Assembly (NCBI GenBank): GCA_002269645.1
Contig: NIVC01002569.1
Coordinates: 1-37,432 of the forward strand
From: Macrostomum lignano
Taxonomy: Eukaryota
Reading direction: 5' to 3'
Length of the DNA stretch: 37,432 bases
Both the position numbers and the translations under genes were made by a program. Positions 24,151 through 33,400 of this stretch are shown in pieces. Positions within the stretch are counted from its first letter, which is position 1; every line of letters begins with the position of its first letter. The notes under the pieces are model-generated. The model did no database searches. It had not been told where the DNA came from and saw only the letters and a program-made list of their open reading frames with translations.

Positions 24151-25700
24151 TTGCCGTCGCCTTTTATCTTGCCTCCCTCTGCTCATTGCCCTGCTCCCAC
24201 CCTGCTCTCTCCACCGCGCCGCGCTCTGTCGTCCAACATGAACCTTGCCGCCTGGGAGCCGCTGCTTCTGGGTGACCAAGACGAAAATTTTTTCGCAGCG
24301 GCCTTAGTTACGGCTTTCGGCTCGTCAATAGGTCGCCGCCTTCTCTTGCCTGCTCCGCCAACTACCGCTCAGCCTTGGACCAAGCCAAGCAGGTTGATGA
24401 ACAGCTCGCCGAGGAGCTCCGTCTCGGCCGCCTGCAGCTCGCCAATGGCCCTGTCATGATGAACGCCATCGGGGCGATTCCAAAATCTGACGGCAGTGTC
24501 CGGGTCATTCATGACCTTTTTAGACCTTCGGGGTCCTCCGTCAACGACAGCTATGAGCAGGAAAAGGGGCTGCGCTTCGCCTCTGTCCAAGACTTGAACC
24601 GCTATCTTCGCCCAAGCTCGTTTATCGGCAAAATCGACCTCAAGCAGGCCTATCGTTCCGTCGGTATTCACCCAGACGACCAGGTGCTCACGGGCCTCAG
24701 CTGGCGGTTTGCTGCCGACAGCGATGACTCGGTGCTCGTTGACACCCGGTTGCCCTTTGGTGCTCGAGCGTCATGTGAAATTTTCCATCGCTTATTGGCC
24801 GGCATCAAGCGCCACATGCTCAGCATTGGCTTCACAGCTACCGTCAACTACTTGGACGACTGGGCAGTAGCCACTGATACTGAAGAAGCGGCTCAGGAGG
24901 CCTTCAATTATCTGGTTGAGCTACTGCAGAACTTAGGCTTCGACATCAACCGGCAGAAGACCGTGGCTCCAGCTCAACACGTTGTGTTTCTCGGCGTGCT
25001 GGTTGACATTGTGAACGACACTCTGTCACTTCCAAGCAACAAGAAAGACGACATTAGGAAACTGCTGAACGATTGCCTGTCACGTGACGTTGTTAAGCTG
25101 AAGCAGCTCGAAAAACTGGCCCGAAAGCTGTGCTGGCTCAGCCAGATCAACAGGCTTTTGCATCCTTTCCTGCGTCCGCTCTTCGACATCCTCAGCTACA
25201 GAATGGACACCCGGCTGCCATCTGAGCTTCGCACCTCTTCCTCTGGTGGCTGCGCGTCGTGACTCTGCCGCCGACGGTCATTCGCCCCCGTTTTCGTCAA
25301 CTTGTGGCCATCGAATCTGATAGCAGTTGCGAGGGTGCTGCTGGCATCGTCTTTGGCAGCGAATTCAATGACTGGACGTACTTCAGCTGGGAGAAGGACT
25401 TCGAGAGCAAGTTCCGCGACCTTCACATCAACCACAAAGAGGCGCTGGCTCCGCTGCTTACCATCCTGCGCTTCCGCGAGCAGCTTAGGAACAGCCGCGT
25501 TGTGATTTACTCGGATAGCACTGCTCAATAATGGCATGGTCAATAAGCTGTCCTGTCGGCATCCTCTGCTCATTCGCATCTATCAGACCGTTGCTCTCGT
25601 GTGCCTCACGTCGGGAATTCAGCTCCAGGCGTTCCACCTTCCTGGCCAGATGCAGCTGCTGAGCGACTCCGCTTCTAGAATGGGGGGCTCGAGCAGAGAG
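24151..25700 (+). pseudogene. Reverse transcriptase plus RNase H of the YR retrotransposon, broken by three frameshifts
   Basis: RT motifs KIDLKQAYRSV, RLPFGARAS, YLDDW and FLGV are in ORF 24375-25262. RH motifs IESDS, HINHKEALA, VVIYSDS and HLPGQMQLLSDSASR are in ORFs 25259-25531 and 25536-25874. Frame changes occur at ~24290, ~25235 and ~25525. Confidence 0.9.
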
Positions 25701-25755
25701 CTCATTAATTTTTGCTGCCGTCTTTACGGCTCTTTATGCATTTGCCCTTTCGAAT

Positions 25756-26770
25756 TTGCTTCCCACACCATTTCTGCCGTGTCTCGCACCCTCTTTATTC
25801 ACAGGTCGCAGCCGCGCTCCGCTCCGTTCCACCGTGTCTGTGTCCGCTCTGTGCCGCCTGTCACTAGCGCCTAGTTCCAGGAAGTCCTATGCGAGCCACT
25901 TACAAGTCTGGAACGAATTCTGCCGGCAGCGTCGAATTCCTGCGACCGCGCCTCCGAGTCTGATTCTGCCAATTTGTCTCGTTCCTGTTACAACGTGGAC
26001 CGGCGTCCTACTCCAGTGTGCAGTCAAGCCTCAGCGCGGTGTCTTTCCTTCATAGGGCTTCCGCGTCGCCAGACCCGACCAAGGGCAGCGCTCGCCTGGC
26101 TCTCGTGTGTCGCGGGGCTCGGCGTCTTCTGAGCCGGCAGTCTCGGCGTGCGACGCCGCTGAAGCCCAGCCACCTCCGCCTGCTCTGCAGCTCCACCGAG
26201 CTACGTCATTCGCTGCCAGCATTGCAGGTGGCCTGGTGGGGAGTCCTTAGGCTCGGCGAGCTCTTACCATCCACCGCTGCGGACGCTCTTCCCTGGAGCT
26301 GCCTATCAGCGTGCCCCGGTGGTCTGCGGCTGGTGCTCAACAGGTCAAAGACAAACCAATTCAAGGAGCGGCAACTGGAAGTTTTTCTGCCGCAGGCCTC
26401 TGAATGTCTGCTTATCTGTCCCGCTTCCGCACTAGCAACTCATCTGCGCGAGAATCAAATCTACGCGTCGCAGCAGCCCCTGTTTTCTGTCCTAGGCAGC
26501 CGCGGCCGGACTCTCTTGTCTGCCGCTATGTTCATCCGGCTCCTAAAGCGGGGCATGTCTCTGTGCGGCTTTGGTGAGTGCGGCTTCTCAGGTCACAGTC
26601 TGCGTAGAGGGGGGGCCAGCGCTGCCTTTCAGTCAGGCCTCTCAATCGCCGACATCCGTTGCATAGGCGACTGGCGTTCAGACTGCGTCTTTCGGTATTT
26701 CTCTGATGAGGCGTCATTTGCCCGCCGTCGGACAGCAGCTAGGCGGATCGCTGCCTGCCTGGCCTCTTGA
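25756..26770 (+). pseudogene. Tyrosine recombinase of the YR retrotransposon (one frameshift near 25969)
   Basis: The N-terminal part LAPSSRKSYASHLQVWNEFC continues, after removing one base, as QFVSFLLQRGPASYSSVQSSLSAV. Catalytic motifs LRLGE, GHSLRRGGA, GDW and FRY are intact in ORF 26018-26770. Confidence 0.9.
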
Positions 26771-26901
26771 CTGCTTACTCGCTCGTTTTTTTTACCCTTT
26801 GGCGTTTTACCTTGGCGTTCGTGGCCTGGCTTTGCTTACTTTTGCTGCCTCCTTGCTTTTATCTTCCTGTTCTCTCCTTTTCTCCTCCTTTTTTCGGGGT
26901 T

Positions 26902-26994
26902 GGGGTCGCTTTCCCCACCTCTCGCGCTGCTTCGGGCCGTAGACCTTTGCCTGCCTGCTGTTCGTCTCATTTGCTGTTGGGGTGTGATTGGTTA
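26902..26994 (+). repeat. Split direct repeat B1
   Basis: GGGGTCGCTTTCCCCACC...GTGTGATTGGTTA recurs at 27256-27344 and abuts A2 with one intervening base. Confidence 0.93.
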
Positions 26995-26995
26995 A

Positions 26996-27119
26996 TGCCT
27001 CCATTTCTCTTAGGCTCTTTTGTGAGCCTGGAGTGAAATGGGTGTTAGCCATCCACCCCTCGCGCTGTACATTGTGCCGCCTTTGTGCGCCGTCTTCTCT
27101 ACCCCCCGTGGGGTGGGGG
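26996..27119 (+). repeat. Split direct repeat A2
   Basis: Copy of A1 (23664-23787). Confidence 0.95.
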
Positions 27120-27255
27120 GTTTGCTCACCCGCTTATTTATATGCACGCCGCTCTCTGTGCCCGTCGCTTGCTTTGGCTTTGAAGCTCAAATTTTTTTAA
27201 ACACATTTTTTTCTTTTAATCTCGTTTGCTTGCAAAATAAACTTATCGTTACTAC

Positions 27256-27344
27256 GGGGTCGCTTTCCCACCTCTCGCGCTGCTTCGGGCCATAGACCTT
27301 TGCCTGCCTGCTGCTGCTATTTGCTGTTGTGGTGTGATTGGTTA
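27256..27344 (+). repeat. Split direct repeat B2 (right terminus of element)
   Basis: Copy of B1 with a 1-bp indel, two substitutions and a short diverged patch (ttcgtctc vs ctgct). Confidence 0.93.
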
Positions 27345-28699
27345 TGGGTATAAAGTACTCGAATCAAACACGCATCAAGTGTGTGGGTCAGCTTCTGGAA
27401 GACCCAATGGCATGATGCAAGCCCATCTAACAGATACGGTTTTGTGCGCATGTTGAGGTTACCATGGGACCCACCGGCGGGGTTGGTCCTCAGACGGTTG
27501 CGCATCGTCATGCGTTGCCTTTGAGTGCGTTTGAATGAGAACAGCTTAGGCCTCTTACTCGGAGTTCGAGTTCTCGAGGCCACCAGAGCAGGTATCCTCG
27601 CTCTAAAGTAAACTTAAAGTCTCTGCATCACTTAAGTTAATACGTGAATGAAAAATACGGGTTTTATGAAATACAAAGAGTTTAAATTAAGCCTGTGCGA
27701 GAATTTGGCATTAAGTTTCCTATTATATTTGGTAGTCCTACACCAAGCAAATTTCATAAAACCGAATTCGGCTATCTAAATCTTTTCTGGCAATACTTGA
27801 CAAGTCTTAATAAATTTACTTATCGCTTATTGAAAGAAAATTTTACCGAGGAATCAATCGCTGGGGAGAAAATAGTTTAGTAGGACGCAGAGTAATATAT
27901 TCTCGCGATTTACTATGCTCGTATTCTCATCATTTCGCGAGTACGCACGCGCGCACAGCGAAACATCAGCTGCGAGCATAAATCGGAGTATTATATCGGC
28001 GACACCACAATAGGCGTGAATAAAAACATAAGGAGAGCAAAAGATTCAGACAGAATCAGATGGCTTTGTTAATAAAGGCTGTTATAGCGAATCAGATTAA
28101 TAATGCAGAACAAAATGGAGCAGTGTCGAATTGCTGGGGAGATGGGACGATAAGCAAATTCTCTTAGGTGCAACCAAGGACAACTAAGAAGGACGCAACA
28201 CTCACAAAATGCGTAAGACAATTTGAAGGAGACAATTCAAGTTCAAATTAAAGTAAAAAAGCCAAAACCATAGAATCACCTGTATTAATGCATATTAATG
28301 AATACGAAATTGCCTGTCTGCAAAATTTCAGTTTTGACTGCAAACTAGAAAACTATCTGCACTTATATGCTCGCTAAATCCCACCTTCAAAAACATTTAC
28401 AATTCGTGAGTGTTGCGACCTCCTTGACGAAATTTTCTAGTGGCCCTTGTGTGGAAAAGTTCAGACAAAGAATTTCTAAAAAAGCATACTAGTATTACTA
28501 GACAAAGATTTGACATGGTTATATGTCCAACAATATCAGGAAAGAAATCAGACTGTAAGTTAAGGAACGCTGGCCGAAAATGACCAGATCTGAAAAATAC
28601 CAATTAATTCAACGGTGCCGGTGGCTACACATTGGTTTGTAGAAAAATTTATAATAGCTATAGTAATCTCCGATATGCTAAAAAGGAATTGTCTCGATT

Positions 28700-29447
<748 letters not shown>

Positions 29448-29619
29448 GATTTTTCACAGCAGATGTAAAAACTACGAGTCAAATAAGTTGAACCTGGGAA
29501 TTAGTTTTTTTTCGAATACTTTTCCACTTGTATAATAAATCCAGAAAATCTCATGGAATTGTGCTTCAACAGATAGCTATAGTTGAACTCTGTTGCTGCT
29601 GAAAAAGTGAGGGCCCAAC

Positions 29620-32600
29620 TTAGGCAAGGAAGGCGTGCTCCAGGAGGTCGGTGGTATCCATCCTCGCCTCGGGTTCCTTTACAACGCAGCAGCGGTAGAA
29701 GTTGCGCAGCTCATTGGACACTTTTGCTGAAATGTCGGGCATCTCGTACTTGTGGAAGTAGCGCGGGATCTGCATTGGCAGCAGGTGGCTGTTCGGCGGC
29801 TTGCCTTCTGCCATCTCAAAAACGGTGCAGCCGAAGGCCCACACATCGGACTGGGGCGTGTACTGGGCGTTGCCCTCCGCGCTGTGCAGCTCTGGCGCCA
29901 TGAAGTAGGGAGTGCCGCACTGGTTCATGCTGATGTAAGCAATTTTCGATGTGGTGATTTCTTTAGCTAGGCCGAAGTCGATCAGCTTGACAATGCCCTC
30001 ATGAGTGAGCATTACATTGGAACACTTAATGTCCCGGTGCAGGATGGCCGGCCTCCGTCTGTGCAGGAAGTTGAGGGCCGCGCAAATCTGTGAAGGAACC
30101 AATATTTGCTGATTTGATGTGTTTTCATAAAAATAATTTAGTTATTTCATGCTACTAATATTGCTACTCAGGTGCAGCATTACCTGCTGAGAAAACTTCT
30201 TTATTCCGGACTCCTCAAACGGCTTCCTCTGCCGTTTCATCAAATCAAAGAGGCTGATTCCGGCGATGAGTTCAGTGAAGATGCAGAACTGACCACTGTC
30301 ATCGAGCTCGGATTTTAGGAACACAACGATATTCGGATGTCGGACGGTCTTCAAAATTTCTATACCTTTCCTTTCCTGCTCGATTGCTCTTTTGTACCTC
30401 TTGGGATCGTTGCCCTTCATTGTGACAATCTTTACAGCCACGAACTGGTGCTTATCTGTGTAGGCCTTGTAAACCTTGCCAAAGCCACCCTCTCCGATGG
30501 GCCTCTTCTTGTTGTCATCGTCACAGATGATGTCCCACTTTGTGAAGTTGGGGTCGAGATAATGTGCGGCGGGTTCGGACGCAGCCCTAGCGCCAGCCCC
30601 AGCCCCAGCCCCAGCTGCAGCTTTGGGCCTCTCGGCATTTCGCAGAAACCTGTGCTTCAGAAGCTCAGTTGAGGTGAACCTCTGCTCGGGATTCTTCGCC
30701 ACACAGTGACGGTAAAATTCGCGCATGTCAGAAGAATATTTTTTTGATGGCAGAGGCATTTCCTGCATTTCCTTGAGCACATTGGGAATCTGCTGTTCCC
30801 GCTTGTCTCTGTTTGGAGGCTCGCCTTCTGCCATTTCGAAGATAGTGCACCCAAACGCCCAGATGTCCGTCTTGGGTGTGTAGGAAACATGCGCCTGACT
30901 GCTGAACAGTTCAGGAGCAAGGTAATACCAGGTGCCGCACTGGCTCTCAGTCACTGCTGCGATTGTTGAAGTGACGATCTCTTTAGCGAGTCCGAAATCA
31001 ATCAACTTGATTACATCCCGCTTTGTCAACATAATGTTGGAGCATTTGATGTCCCTGTGCAGAATTGCAGGCTTGCGTGTATGCAGAAAATCCAGCGTTG
31101 AACAAATCTGAAGAAGCATGTCAAGCGTGATTAATCAGTTCTGTGATTTATTCAACATCAACATCACCATCAAAAATATAAATCTACATATTTACCTGGG
31201 AAGCATAGCTTCTGATTTCCGACTCTTCAAAAGACTGCCGATCCTTCAAGTGGTCAGCCAGACTCATGCCGTCAATCAACTCAGTGAAGACGTATACGGC
31301 TCCATCCTTCTGTTCGGACTTTAAAAAGATGGCTATATTTTGGTGACGAATGGCCTTCAAAACTTCAACGGCTTTCATCTCCAAGTCGATGGCTTTCTGA
31401 ACGACTCTATCGTTCTTGGCACCCTTGAGCTTGGTTACTTTCACTGCAATTGTTTGGCCCTTGTTTGTGCGCGCCTCGTAGACCCTGCCGAAGTTCCCTT
31501 CGCCGATCAACTTTTTCTTACGTCTCTCATCATAGATGTAGTCCCAGTCTGTAAATGTGGCGTCCAGATGATCCTCTGTGGACCTAGAAATGCGATTGTT
31601 GGATATCATTGAATACATAACACCGGTGAACATAATTTTAAAGGCATAAAAAAGCAAAAAATTACTCCTGTCTCTGATTGGCGCCGCCAGGTCTTCTACT
31701 TGGACTTGGCTTTTCGCGGGAACCAGATTTCTGCAGAACCTTCAGGAGCTCTTCGTGATTGCGCTTCTTTGCGATATCCACAGCGTTCTCCCCTTTCTGG
31801 TTCGGCTTGCCCACACTGCAGCCGCGGCTCATGAGAAATCGCACTGTCTCGGGGCTCGCGTCCGCCTTCACAGCCCGCATCAATGGCGTGTTGCCATCGG
31901 TGTCCGGAGTATCCAGAGGAGCACCCACTTTAGCTAGGAACTCAAGAAGCTCTATGTTGTCCTCTTTTGCTGCGTACCAAGCCAGAGTCTTGCCGTTGTC
32001 ATCCTTCACGGAGATGTTGCACCCTTTTCCGTGTAGGTATTGAACCATATCAACGGAGCTCTTCTGTGCCGCGCATAAAATGGCGGTCTCATTTATTTTG
32101 TTCGGCAAATCCAGTTTAGCTCCAGACTCTCCCAAAGCCATCAGGATCACAAAATGTCCGTTGTAGGCAGCCCTCAAAGCAGGAGACACACCGCGCTTGT
32201 TCTGATGATTCAGATCGCTTCCTTCGGAGATCAGAAAGCCGACCGATTCTTCAGGACCCACCTGGCAGGCACCAAGGAGTGCGGTTTCACCATTCTTCTT
32301 GTTGACCTGCTTCATTGACAAGCCCATTGCGCGTAGCTCTTTAAGCATGTCGACCTGCTGGTTTGAAGCCGCAATCATGGCGAAGTCATAGCCGTTGAAC
32401 TCGATGTGATCAATCGAGCTCCTGCATCAATGAGCATGTGGAAGATGGGCAAAGAGCCCTGCTTGATTGCGCACTCTAGTGGCGTTGTTCCCTCCTCGTC
32501 TGCCTGGTTGACATTCGCGTTACTGCGAATTAACAGCCGCACAATGTCGTCGTGCCCGTTGTTCACTGCCGAAAAAATCGGAGTTCGACCAGTGATGCTC

Positions 32601-33400
32601 GTGTGGTTTATGTTGCAGCGCTTCTCCAGTAAGAAATTTACGACTTCAAAGTGATCGTTTTGAGCAGCGCAAAACAGTGGCGTGTGTCCACGATCGTCCG
32701 TGAGCTCAAAGTCAGCCTTGTACTTGTTCAGCAGAAGCATAATGTCCAGGTGCCCATTTAGAGCGGCAATAAACGCCATTGTGCGGCTCTGGGCGAGCTT
32801 ATGGTTGCAGGCTTTGCGGTCCGGGTGATTCTTCAACCAGAAGTCGATAATTCTTACGTTACCTTCCTGCGCAGCGGTCATGAGGGTCTTCTCGTGCACC
32901 ACCGAGTCGAATTGCAGGCAGCGCCTGACGTTCTCCAGTGTTGTGACGATAACAAGACTCCTCTTCATCAGACCGATATCCGCTGCTGTGTGGCCCTTGT
33001 TGTTGATGTGAGCCACATTGGCCCCCTTCTCAATAAGAAGTTCGACCGGCTCCTGCTTTTTGTTGATGACGGCGGATATGAGTGGCGTATCACCATCTTC
33101 GTCTGTGGCATCGATTTCCGCTCCTCGTCTTAGCAGCTCCCTGATCACATCCGTGTGTCCTTCATGTGCTGCAAGGTGCAGTGCGGTAAGACTCTTTTTG
33201 CCTCGAGCGCTTGGGTCGCCGCCGCCATCCATGAAGGACAGGCACCGCCGACGATCACCGGAGGCAGCCGCCTTCAGAAAGGATTTAACTGCTGGTGGAG
33301 TCGGATCTTCGCTGCTGCTGGTGGAACTGGCATCTTTCCGCTTTTTTTGAACTCCCTCCATGAGCTCCTCCAGGTGCTCCCGGAGCATTCGTTCGAAATC
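29620..33400 (-). CDS. Ankyrin-repeat protein with two tandem Ser/Thr kinase domains (STE/MAP3K-like), at least ~1170 aa, 5' exons not located; one 1-nt deletion at ~32413
   Basis: Exons are 33400-31666, 31583-31196, 31107-30184 and 30087-29620(TAA), all GT-AG. There are about 16 ANK repeats (TALHLAA, TPLISAV, TPLFCAA, TPIFSAV, TPLMRAV and others). Kinase 1 has [24 protein letters not shown] and kinase 2 has [24 protein letters not shown]. Restoring one base at ~32413 makes the ANK exon 1736 nt, which fits the phase-2 junction. Confidence 0.88.

Larger units (their letters stand above)
23664..27344 (+). mobile_element. Tyrosine-recombinase (DIRS-order) retrotransposon, Ngaro-like, with split direct repeats A1-ORFs-B1-A2-B2; frameshifted copy
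   Basis: Contains a gag CCCH finger, RT (YLDD), RNase H and a tyrosine recombinase in that order. A1 23664-23787 matches A2 26996-27119, and B1 26902-26994 matches B2 27256-27344. No methyltransferase domain was seen between RH and YR, and no classical target-site duplication. Confidence 0.92.

Noticed and set aside
29620-31657. Three separate kinase genes or three kinase domains, as the ORF track suggests
   Set aside because: Splicing joins N-lobe and C-lobe halves across two introns, giving exactly two domains in one gene.
32375-32378. Bacterial-style translationally coupled operon (ATGA overlap)
   Set aside because: The gene has spliceosomal introns and the ankyrin pattern continues across the junction after a 1-nt correction.
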